Assembly (NCBI GenBank): GCA_028534125.1
Contig: CM052817.1
Location: 66,528,001 to 66,592,000 of the forward strand
DNA from: Lama glama
Taxonomy: Eukaryota
Reading direction: 5' to 3'
DNA: 64,000 nucleotides
Below, in pieces: positions 53,021 through 64,000 of this stretch; the first letter of the stretch is position 1; each line of letters begins with the position of its first letter. The notes below the pieces were generated by a model. The model saw only the letters and a program-made list of their open reading frames with translations, made no database searches and was not told the origin of the DNA. The position numbers and the translations under genes are program-made.

Positions 53021-54318
53021 CAAAGCATTCCAGCAGATTAGTGGATTTTCAGCCATGTTAGAAATGAAATAAAGGAAAGGAAGATAAAGAGCCAACCTTC
53101 AAACCTGTAATCCCCTATAGTATCAGCAGTATGATCTTAAACCAGCAGAGCTACTTTCTTTTATTTGCCAGAAAACATGCTTCCAAGTGTCAAAGACTGG
53201 TAAGAAATGAACCCTGAAAAACCATGTCCACTTGTCACAGTCCTTTTTATTCTTCCTGGTGCACAAAAAGTACAGCGAGTCTTAATGAAGTTTGTTGTAA
53301 TTGTTTCTAATATTATATTACCTTAAACTTGGGGAATTTACTGACAGGGAGGTTGGTGAGGTTAAAAGGTGAATGTATTCCTATAATGATTAAACACTTA
53401 TTTAATGAAAGTAGTATTTTAAGCTGCATTAACAGTGATTTAAAAGTACACCAGAATGGCAATGTGTAGGAACAATGCATAAAGCATTGATTTGCAGGTG
53501 ATGATGTTTTTCATGCATTGTGTGTTATGATGTGGCAAAGAGAAAGATGACCAAGGGCATATAAAAATTCTGATGTTTTCATGCAAATATTTTTATTAGC
53601 TTTGGTTGGGTGTAATTATAGCAGAAAATTATTTTATAATGCATTTAAATGAAGATAAATAGAAAATTATTTCTTAATCCCTTTTAAAGAAAATACATGA
53701 TTTTTATTTTGAAAATTGGTACCTACCTTGAAAAGTTTCAGCTTTTACAAGCTCATCTTCATAAAATATTTGATAATTTTCAACTCATTTTACACCATAT
53801 AAGAAGGGACCAGTGCATTTATCATTGAAATACAACCACATATTTACCTCTATCCATTTGGTTCCACATTTTGAAGGATAAAATTTCCTTACTATAAGTT
53901 TTTAATATGTCCTAAAGATTTTTGTCTAATTTCTGTTAAAAAATACAAACCAACAAAATAAATAATTTATTCAGCCCTGAAATATCCAAGTGAATTGAAA
54001 ACTCAAGGGTTAATTCCCCTCTTTTTTCCTTTTTTGAAAAAAAAAAATTTGGTCTACAAAATAGCGAAGAGGTAAATGAGGCCAGAGTCACAATTTTCCA
54101 AAATATTATGAGGTGGTTGTTTTCATTGCTTTAGAATTTTGCTAGAAGAGAATTGACTGTTGTTTTGATGGCTTTGTTTCTGTTGCTAAAATTCTTCACA
54201 TTCCTTGCTTCTGATAGTGCCATAGCTATTAAAGTCAGCTGGTGTGTAATTTCTGTAACACAAAATTTTCCAGCTAGGTGTGAAACTGTAGAGTAATAAC
54301 AAACCGTCAGTCATCAGG

Positions 54319-54352
<34 letters not shown>

Positions 54353-54354
54353 GT
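54319..54354. repeat. Interrupted (TG)n microsatellite
   Basis: Read directly. Confidence 0.95.
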
Positions 54355-54837
54355 TTTATCATTGAGATAGTAGTTTACAGTCATCATTTTATAGTTATGC
54401 ATAATTAATAATGTCTTCTAATTGATAGTTAATAGGTAAATATGCAATTCCAACTCCAATAGAATGTTGATATGAAATCTGTAAAATCCTGATGGAAATT
54501 TTCATATTAAAAGTGCCCACCTCTATTTTCTGTTGCAGTATTTTTTTTTTTGGAAAGAAAAATTTCACGTAGGAATCTAACATAACCCCTCCAGAAATCT
54601 CATGTCATTTCAACTTCAAAAGGAAGCATGGCGGTAGAAAACACAAAAAGGTGTCATAGATGAACTTAATTGTTACTTAGTGTTTGGCTAATGTTGAAGT
54701 ACACTGAAAAGGACTTATTACAATGTAATGTTTTTGTTTTGCTTCCTTTTAAATTTAGGAGGTTGATGTGCCTTTCTAAATTAAATTTACCCCACAAGGA
54801 AGAGGGAGGCATGAATGCTAGTGAGAGTATTAGTTTC

Positions 54838-54872
54838 TATATATATATATGTATGTATATATATATATATAT
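54838..54872. repeat. Interrupted (TA)n microsatellite
   Basis: Read directly. Confidence 0.9.
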
Positions 54873-55079
54873 AGAAACTAATATTTGCTGAAAGATGAGA
54901 AATAGAAAGGGGGTGAGTCGAGTCTACTTTGCTAAAACCATTGACAGTTTCATATATGCAGAATCACACTTAAAGTCTGCTCTCCTTTCTGGGAATTACT
55001 TTTAGGAGTAGGTTGTGTTTGACTTTTTCTTATGGGGTTCCAGATATGATAAAAAATTATTCTATTCCTGTGCTTACAG

Positions 55080-55276
55080 ATACATACTTCGAAGAACTTC
55101 CAACTCTTCTCCATTGTGCAGCAAAATTTGGCTTAACGAACTTGGCTAATCATTTGCTTCAATGTTCAGGAGCAACCTGGGCATCTAAGATAAAAAATGT
55201 GGAGGGTTCTGATCCAGCACGTATTGCTGAAAGGCATGGGCACAAAGAACTCAAGAAAATCTTTGAAGACTTTTCA
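55080..55276 (+). CDS. BANK1: BANK1 coding exon (exon 7 equivalent), ankyrin repeats, 197 nt, phase 1 to 0
   Basis: Acceptor gtgcttacag|AT, donor TCA|gtaagt. Translates (H)TYFEELPTLLHCAAKFGLTNLANHLLQCSGATWASKIKNVEGSDPARIAERHGHKELKKIFEDFS, with ankyrin-type TLLHCAA and DPARIAERHGH motifs. Confidence 0.97.
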
Positions 55277-55325
55277 GTAAGTTTTTTTTTTTCATTTTAT
55301 CTCTAAAATTCTATTTTTTATATAA

Positions 55326-55327
<2 letters not shown>

Positions 55328-55358
<31 letters not shown>
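55328..55358. repeat. (TG)15 microsatellite ~50 bp downstream of the ankyrin exon donor
   Basis: Read directly. Confidence 0.95.
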
Positions 55359-55360
<2 letters not shown>

Positions 55361-58300
55361 ATGAACGTTGCTCTCTTGAAAATGATGCGCTGAACAGCTG
55401 GTTTGTGTGTCTTTTGGTCCTGAGTCATTCGCTGACTTAAAAACTATTTTGCAAGATTAGTCAACTTGTTCTAATATTGCCATAAACCAACTCTGATTCC
55501 ACACTCCCGCCCCTGAAGAGCTCTTTTTGAAGCTTACCTGGGCTTTCTGCCTTCTAAGCAGCCTGTTCAGTATTAGAAAGGAGAAGGTAAGAAGGAAATG
55601 AAAACCTATTGCTTCTCCTCTTTTGTTCAGAAATCTAAGTAAGACACTGTTAGGCACATGAAATGAGATAAATATTTATTAGGTTTAAGGAATACATTTT
55701 GATAATCATTCAGAAAGTCTACCCAATAAAAAGCTGATTCATGTTGCTTAAGTTTGTTTCTGGTATGTGATTGCTTCTCTGTTAAGTCCCCAGTTCCTTA
55801 CTGTGTAGGTTGAAGCCCCAAATTTCAGAACACCCTTTGAAGGATACTAGTTTTATACGAATGCAACCAAGAGAAGAGTTTGAAGGAGGGGATATTACCT
55901 TGGTACATAAAACACACTTTGTGTTTCCATAATCAACTTTAGAAAAGCAGTCGTTTCCTGTTTGTAACAAAGGTATGCATGTTTTGCTCTAGAGTGAATT
56001 ATACTTCTGATGGCTCTTAGGAAAGTATAATAGGCAATAATTGTGTTGATGATTATGTCAAAATTTGTCTTTGGATTTTCAGAAGATAAATAATTATATC
56101 CCCAGTGAACCGTTAGTAGAGAGCATTGAAATACTATGGATAGCTCTGGGTCATTTTAGCTTATACTCTGATTATTAGATTAAGACAATGTTATATTGGA
56201 ATTCTAAAAATACCATCAGTATTTCTGATTTCCAGAGAGCAAAATAACAACCAATTTAACTTTTTTCCCCATTTTTAAGAAATAGCAAACAGTTGTCAGA
56301 AAAGCCTGCATATCATACACTGTGTAGAATCACAATAAGATATTTTCTGCTTGTATTTAAAATAAATACAGAAATTAAGTTTTGTAATAATGTTGATAAA
56401 CTACTTAATTTTATTCTATGTCCTTCAAATGAGGAATAAGCATAATTTTTATTCCTGGGAAGGTTTTAGACAGTGCTTGTCACATATCTTATGAGTGTGT
56501 TCATTTTAATCATTATCCAACATGTATAGTCATTGACCATGTGCAACGTGGCATGTGTCTCTGGTAAGTCAGTGAATCAATGCAGCCTTGAATATTGGCC
56601 CACAATACTGTTATTCATTACTTCCTGGGTGCTCAATTCTCTACAACCTTATTCTCAAATTTTGACCACGGAGGGGCTTAAGATTTCCCCTCAAACATCC
56701 AGGGTTACTTTCTAAGATAACCCCTGATTTTCAAAGAGTGATGCTTCCACTTCTGGTTCTCCAATGAGGACTTAGCTTTTAAAAGATGCAGCCACATGCA
56801 AACTGTACATTCTTCATAGGTAGCATAATACTGAATAATGAAGGTAGATATGAAAGCAAGTATGAGGGTAGGATTTGATGGATGTGGGAAATAATTTTTT
56901 TTTCTCTCTCGCATCCTCTGGGTATTTATACCTTTGTTCCTATAATAATAGCACTGATATAAGTTGATTGGTATCATTGTCTTTGGGTGACTCTTTACTC
57001 TTACATAGTGGCTGCATAGTGGCTGCATTGTAGTTTTGCAAAGTTACACTTGATAATTATTCTAGGAAATTTGTTAAATTATTTTATGTATTCTGTCCCT
57101 CTGTGAGCTGTCACATTTTGCTAGGATGTCTGTAGCAGACATTTCCATTGTAGATAGGACAGATAGATCAATTATTTTGCAAGTGTTCTGCTGTCATTTA
57201 GGAAGTGACTATAGCTATTGCAAGAGACAGCAGCTTTATAAGGACATTTTACGACTATGGATAAGTTTAGGCACAGTAATTTTGCAAGCTACCAAAGGTT
57301 TTTTGGTAAATGTATGGTTAAGGAAATGGGAACATATATATTAGGTTGTGATACACATGGAAAAGTATGTTTCCTATTGATTTATTCTTCTAGTTATTCT
57401 TCTAATTATCAGCTTAATTTAAAATAAATCCAATAATCTTATCTGCTTAGTCAAAGTATCAGATAAACACATGTTGAAATTTTATACTATGAATTATAGT
57501 AGCTATGTCTTAAGAGTATATCTAACCTTAATGGAGAAAAAAATGTGCAATCTATATTGCTAAAGTACTTTGTTTCTTTAATAATATTTATATAACTTTA
57601 ATGTTATAAACGTTCTATTCCGATAAATCTAAGATTTTGTCACATATGCATTCAAATTTTCCATGAACCATTTTTCAGCTTGTTAAAAGGAATGGATATT
57701 CTTTGAGTTTGTGGTTTACAGTCTACAAGTTGACCATACTTCTTTACTGGAGAAACGTATATTTCAAAATTCAGACATGCCCCCGACTGATTTACTGATT
57801 TCTTCAATTCTTCCTAATCCCCTATCAGTGAAACATTGTTCATTTTAGGATCTCACAGGGAGTTACAACACAGTGAGTTTGGTCATAATTGAATAAAGTG
57901 GGTAGAAGGAAAAAGCCAATCATGATTTTTAAAAAATAAAGAGAAAAAGAGAATCATTAGTAAGCACTCGTAAACGAACAAGTGCCACCCGTATCTTAGT
58001 GTTGGCTCTGTGAATAAGGAGAAGGAAGAAGGAGGAGGAGAAGGAGCCCCCAGTCACATTCCTGACATTCCTCTATGGTGCTTTTTACTTTGAAAGGTTA
58101 ATAATTTATGTGCAATCTATGAACAGCGCTTTGTCATTATGAATGAGTAGCTTTCATGTTTTGAGAGTTATCTAGCTAACACCTATACTTGTTTCATGTC
58201 AGTACTACTGTAGCTAATAGTACCATATATTTCTATAAGCCATAATGTCTTTCAAAGAAACTACTCAATTTTCAGTCTGAAAATGCCTCCTGAGATAATT

Positions 58301-59003
58301 AGTATGAAAGGTGGCTAGACAAAGAGCAGAAGCATTGGTATTTAAATCCACAAGTGAACCACAATTTGCTTAATAGAATTCTTGAGGAAAATCAGACTAT
58401 TTCAAATAACGAGTAGCAATATTGACAACTAATTCAGTCTTCTAAAAACTTGTCTTTTAAATCAAAAATACCTGAAAATTTAAAAATAAACTGGAAGTTG
58501 ACCACAGGTTACAAAGTACTTTGTGATTTACGATAAAGTATACAGCAAAAATGAGAATGTGTCTTAAGCAAAATAATAGACCTGGTATCTCCTTGTGTTA
58601 TCTTCGGTATGTCATCCCATTTATCTCCATCAGTTTAAATCACTTAACAAAATGATTGCATCATGTGTAATTAGAGAGAGAAATACATCCTCCTGTGTTG
58701 CCAGCTCTGGAATTGGAGAACCAACAGATGTTTACTCAAAACAATATCCAGATAGTATCTTTTTCTTCCACCACAGTGTTTACTCATGTAGTTTGGTGTA
58801 TATATTAATAAAATCTTAGTCATAAAAATCTGCATGAAAATTTCAGAGATAGATCAACTTTCCATGCACTTTCTCTAGCTGGCTTTTCAGGACTCCTAAC
58901 TGAGAATCTTTCAGTTGTTAACGTCTGTGATGGAATTTTTGTGACATCCTGCTATCATTGACTGACTCTGACACCGCTGTTTGCCTCTGTGGGCAGTGGG
59001 TCA

Positions 59004-59039
59004 GTGTGTGTGTGTGCGCACGCGCACGCGCGCGTATGT
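59004..59039. repeat. Compound (GT)n-(GC/AC)n alternating purine-pyrimidine tract
   Basis: gtgtgtgtgtgtgcgcacgcgcacgcgcgcgtatgt, 36 bp of strict alternation. Confidence 0.92.
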
Positions 59040-59994
59040 TAGAAAGAGAAAGATTGATTCTGTTGCCCTCTAGTGTCTGCCTGATGGTGATCTTGATCTT
59101 TTTCAAATGGTCAAGGTTTGGAAAGTACAAAAGGGGTGGATGTTGAAGCACCTCGAGTCTCCCTAATATAGGGCAGTGATTGACTGACTGGTGTAGGAAC
59201 CTGTTATTCAGAAGTTAGGCTCTATATTTAGACCAGTGAACATTCACTCTTCCTGGCTCATTATTTCTCTCAGTCTCAGCTGTGCTCGTTTGGTACTTTA
59301 CATACCCTTTTGTTCCATTTAATTTAGTATATATTGGAATATATTGATGTCATCCAGATGGCAGCATACCCTGCTTTGCTTATCTCATTGTTCTTTCTTA
59401 TTATGTCTAGAAGCTGATAGGGCAATGCGCTCCCTCCGCTCCCACTGTCAGGTGGCCCCAAGGTGCTCAGCATGTGTTTACTCATTGATGGGACAAAGGC
59501 AAGTGTCAAGTTTAAGGATTTGTTTGATCTCACCCAATAATATCCTTGATTGAGTCCTGCGTTTAAAAAATCTTACTCATATTCTTTCTACATTCAAGAT
59601 TTTTTAAAGTTTGGGTTTAGAGTATTCATAGACAAATAGCCCAACTGCTATCTTCAGCATATTTTTAATAGGCTAGCCTACCATGAATTTTAGAATCCTG
59701 GCCTTTGTTCAGTATTGATGTTCTTTTAGGACTGAAGAAACTGGAACAAGTCACATAACTGCACTTGACTGCATGCATTACAAATTCATGTCTCAGTTAT
59801 GCTTTTGGAACTACTTAGCTGTCTCTCTCTAAAATCCCATTCAATGCACCACAGCAGCACATTACAGAGTTTTACTCCTCCCCAAGTCCTCAAACCTAGT
59901 TTTCATGCCCTAACTCTGCAGCTCTAAACATCCTGTTACATTCCCTCAACTCTCTCCTCTTCTTTGTCAAATTTTTATTTTTCCTCCAGTTGTC

Positions 59995-60205
59995 AGGTCT
60001 TGGGATTCAGCCAGATTGGATTAGAATCCTAACTTCATCAAATACCAGGTTTTCCTCCTTAGATATCCGTTTTGTTTTCTCTCAGCTTCAGTTTCTTTAT
60101 CTGCACATGGTAAAAATAATCCCTTACAGGGTGTTTTTAGGACTTGACAAAATAAATGGGAAAACATTAAGCATGTAGGAGATCCACAATAAATGATATT
60201 GTATC
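59995..60205 (+). mobile_element. MIR SINE
   Basis: ctctcagcttcagtttctttatctgcacatggtaaaaataat. Confidence 0.6.
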
Positions 60206-60399
60206 CACTTTATTTTCTTTTGATTTATTGTTATTCATATCAACTTTGGACCTCACCATCAGTCATACCCTCTCTTTCTCCTGCATCATTAATCTCTCCC
60301 TTTATACTGACTCTACCTGAACAAACATGTTCAAATACACACATGCACACACACACACTCCCAACAATCCTGCTTTCTCTTTGATCTCTTTTCAATACC

Positions 60400-61615
60400 A
60401 GAATTAATTGGAAAAATGCCTTTTCATTTCACTCATTTCTTTCCTCCAAGCAATCAAAGCCTTGCATTCAGCCCACTACTGTAGTTGCTCTCTCAAAGGC
60501 ATGAACAATCTACTGTCGATCGGATCTATTGGATTCCTCTCGGATGTCCTTTGACTCAAGCCTTGGCACTGGTTTTCCTGGCCCTTCCCTCTTCCTAAAC
60601 CTCCGCTGACCTTCTGTGACTTCCTCCTCTTACCCCATTAGCTAAGGCTGTTTCTGCACAGTCTTCCCCTGTGACTGGTAGCCAAATCATTCACCTTCCT
60701 CCTGACTCAAGGTTCCTGTTTCAGTTTGCAAGCTGAATATGCCTGCATGGATCTGCCACAGGCCTCTGGATCTCAGCACACCCACATAACCCTCTTCCCT
60801 CATCCTGGTTGATGACATCATTATCTGCAGTACTGACTTGACCTAAAACTTGAGAGTCATTTTCAACTCCTAATTAGATAGTCTCAGATGCATATACCAT
60901 TTCCTATTTTTCAGATGAGGAAATAGACTTATAGAGATATAATATGTTGCCCCAAGTCACCCAACTAAAAATATGTCTGCCTTAACCCAGAACCCATTCA
61001 CATAACCAGCTACCTACCTGGGTCTAAATACCGGCTCTGTGATGTTCTAGCTGTGTGCCCTGAGTAAGTCACTGAATCTCCCTGTGCTTCAGTTTCCTCA
61101 TTTGTAAAATGGAGATTATCATAACACCTTTTTTGGTACTATCATTATGATATGGCAAGTAAAGTAAATACATGTGAAACCTGTACAAGAATGCCTGACA
61201 ACAGCACTTGATAAAAGTTATCTATAATCATGTATTGTTCTTCTATTGTTCAGTTTCTGAGGGAGTAGCCATTCTTCTGTGGAACGTTTTATAGTTTAAA
61301 CTAAGTACTGATGAATTGTTACTTATTTTTCTTTAATTGTTTTTCATCTCTGCCTCTCCAGTAGATTGTGAATTAGTCTATGAGGGCAAGGACAGTTTTA
61401 TCTCTTTTACTACAGTATCCTTAATATCTAACAGAGTTTTGGCAAACACTGTGGGTTCACTACCTATATGTTGGATGAATTAATCAACCAGTGTTGATTA
61501 TATTAACTTTTCAGTCCCTGGAAGCAAATATCATGCTCTATTCACTCCATATTCCTCATAGTATCCAACATAACATCTTCCAGGTTGTAGATAATAAATG
61601 TTTATTGAGTAATAA
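60400..61615 (+). mobile_element. Fragmented LINE-2 with two nested MIRs (~60890-60990 minus, ~61010-61230 plus)
   Basis: L2-like body and tails (tgagggcaaggac...gttggatgaattaat; ataataaatgtttattgagt). MIR cores cagatgaggaaa and cagtttcctcatttgtaaaatgg. Confidence 0.65.
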
Positions 61616-62689
61616 CAATAGAAAAGACTCTTAGCCTAAGGAAAAATTTTTAAAGTGTCATTGGGATAAGTTTATCCAAGATCAGAAATAAATATTATTT
61701 TCTTGTTGTTCTTTAAGGGAAGTGACAATGGGAAAATGAAACTTGGATAAACATTAAGTCAAAAAAAATTCTTGTAGCTTCCTGGAACTTACCATTAGTG
61801 AAAGAGACATTTGAGGCTGTTCATTATCACAGTACAAGTGGTTTTGATCTTGGCAAATATTCCAAAGTTTTAGTGTCAATACCCACCCTTAATCTTCTTG
61901 AGTCTCTCTTCAAATCCTCCACAAACAACTTTTATCCCTTAAGAAATAGATTCAGGCCAATGCAGTGCATTAAAACATTATCCACCACATTTACCATCAT
62001 TTATCTAAATATCTGGAAGTATTTTGTGATTTTATTTTTATAGTGTGCTTATGAAAATTTACTTTCTTAAAGATAGAACATCTAGATATGCAAGTTTTCT
62101 AATTTGTAAAATATCTGTTTTACAACAGTAGGCATTTACATGGCAAGGGCTACTTGATAAATTATGTGTTATATTATTGCAAATGCCAAGGGAGGAAAAG
62201 AGATCAGATACTCCTCTTTGAATATCAGAGAAATAAGCGGTTTCGTTTTATATTTGTTATTATCCATTTAGTAAGTTATGTTGTTAGTGAGCAGTTACTA
62301 AGCATGACGATATAGTAGTCATTGCATTTGCTGACTAGTAGCAAAATTATTGTGAATGATTTAAATGAATGCTTTTAAACAGTGGGATTTTAAATACTAT
62401 CGATTAGGGAAAGTCTTAAAGAACGTTCACCTGAAAATATACAACTATGAAAATAAAAAAGATCAGAATGGAGGCCATTCTGACTTTTCCTGATTGTGAA
62501 TATTTGCCATGAAATTATGAATTGGCTGCTCATAGTAAGTGTACTTATTTAAAATGCCTGAGATTAGCGGCCTTGTTCCTGTAACATAACTTGAAATGCA
62601 TGTTACACTTCACCCAGCTCAAACTCATTCTTCTTGTTCCATTGGGATCTGACTCAAGAAAGGACAAGGAAGAAGAGAAACCAAGCTAG

Positions 62690-62890
62690 CTTTTACTCAG
62701 TGCTTCTGTGTCAGACGCTATGCTTGGTGCTTTCGCATTAGACTGTTATCACTAATCTGTGTGAATTAGATATTTTTAGTCCCATTTTACAGATCGGGAA
62801 TTTAAACTAAGACTGTCATTTGTTTGGGGTTACACACTAATCAGGCAGAGCTGTATTTCTCATCTAAGCCCAACTTAGTTCTACTTAATG
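62690..62890 (-). mobile_element. MIR SINE
   Basis: tttactcagtgcttctgtgtcagacgctatgc...cccattttacagat. Confidence 0.65.
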
Positions 62891-64000
62891 CTTTTTTAAA
62901 CTACTGCACACTTCTTTCTTCCTTAAAATCAAATACTATTAATGTATTATCTTTTATTCTTCATCTTCAGTATTTCTGTTCTGGTAATACACAAATAGAC
63001 TGATAATTCTGTTGAACTTTATATTGGAAAAAAAAATGATTACAAGCATTGGAGCCCAGGAACCAAAGAGGACAGAAAGCTGTCCCTACGTGCGAGGGCT
63101 TAAATTCGGCTGGAAAATATATATAAATAGTGGTTTTAAATATTTTTGTTTAACTATTTTGATTTTAAAATGTGACTTTCAGTAACAGTTACTGAGACTT
63201 TTTCCCTCAGTGCAATTATGTAAGAAGTAAATTGACACTTAGCCTGTATTATAGTATATTGTATTTAAATGAAACAATGTCGAGTGGAGCAGCATATGGT
63301 CATTTCTGTTTAGACTTAGAAGACTTGTCTGGAAAATAGCAGTTATGGGGTTGGTAGGGAAACATGAATCCCATTCCTGACTGTAATTACATTTTCATTT
63401 AACAAAAAAAGGATATTTCTCTGTAAAAGGAAAAATAGGCAATAACCTCACTCCCTAAATCATGAATGCTTAAGGCTGAAGCCCCTTGGTGGCAGTGTAC
63501 TCTGTGAGCAAAGTACCTCAGGCCAAAGAAAGGCTCACTGGTGCTGAAATTGCTCATGTCAAAGTGATTGCGAGTGTCCCAGAACATGATGAAATAGATG
63601 AACATAAAAGTGTCCAAAACAGCTTCATAAATATTAAAAGACCCTGATATGGAAGGCAGTATCATAATTGGAACAGTTGAAATCATGTGGAATTTTTCCT
63701 AACAAGATAAATCATAGACAGAATTTGAAGTAAGAAGCACTTAATGGAGAAACATGAAGGATGCATGTGGGTGAAAGGAATGGAATGTGCAGTTGTGGGG
63801 AGAAGGCAGAGCACATGTTACCTCAGAGTCTTGGACCAGAAATCTGAGTCATGCTGTGTGATTTTTTTCATAAACTATACATTATCTTTTGACTTGTGTA
63901 CGGTAGTGACCTCGGGAGGACCATGAATCAATTTTTTTAATGCTTTACCATTTAATATGGGATTTTAGTAAAATATATAACAAGAAATCCTGTTTTAGAG

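Larger units (their letters stand above)
1..64000 (+). other. BANK1: Internal portion of the BANK1 gene (within intron 3 to within intron 7, human numbering); no start or stop codon in the window
   Basis: Four colinear exons with canonical splice sites splice in frame to a BANK1-like peptide. The preceding exon (human ...PTEIPCE) and the following exon were not found in the window. Confidence 0.93.

Noticed and set aside
55013..55306. 97-aa ORF as a standalone ankyrin microprotein
   Set aside because: It is BANK1 exon 7 plus read-through into flanking intron, delimited by clear splice sites.
63482..63497. CTCF-like motif ccccttggtggcagtg (weaker ones near 45600 and 48885)
   Set aside because: Mismatch at the conserved AG core; cannot be supported without PWM scoring or ChIP data.
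1..64000. A novel multi-gene system, CRISPR array, operon or prokaryotic-type element
   Set aside because: The window is explained by four BANK1 exons, mammalian repeats and AT-rich intron. I found no regular repeat-spacer array, long ORF or gene cluster.

Overview
This is AT-rich mammalian genomic DNA lying inside one protein-coding gene on the + strand, BANK1 (B-cell scaffold protein with ankyrin repeats 1). Four coding exons are present: 8142-8280, 16842-16981, 33691-33796 and 55080-55276 (139/140/106/197 nt). All have AG/GT boundaries and compatible phases. They splice into an uninterrupted 194-codon frame covering the DBB domain and the ankyrin-repeat region, equivalent to human exons 4-7 as I recall them. 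The other ~99% is intron, filled with transposon relics: young lineage-type L1 3' ends with target-site duplications (TSDs), old L1MC/L1ME, L2, MIR, CR1/L3, MaLR/ERV LTRs, hAT and Tigger MITEs, and microsatellites. The style of the young L1 3' ends, and the absence of Alu, B1, PRE, Bov or CHR SINEs, suggest a camelid (inference). Almost all ORFs in the supplied track are spurious or decayed L1. I see no evidence of a genuinely new biological system. The best leads are a candidate poison exon in intron 5, an in-frame alternative acceptor before the ankyrin exon, B-cell-type ETS/IRF/Oct motif composites, and several unusual retrotransposon insertions. Repeat family names come from recalled consensus sequences rather than a database search, and boundaries of old repeats are approximate.
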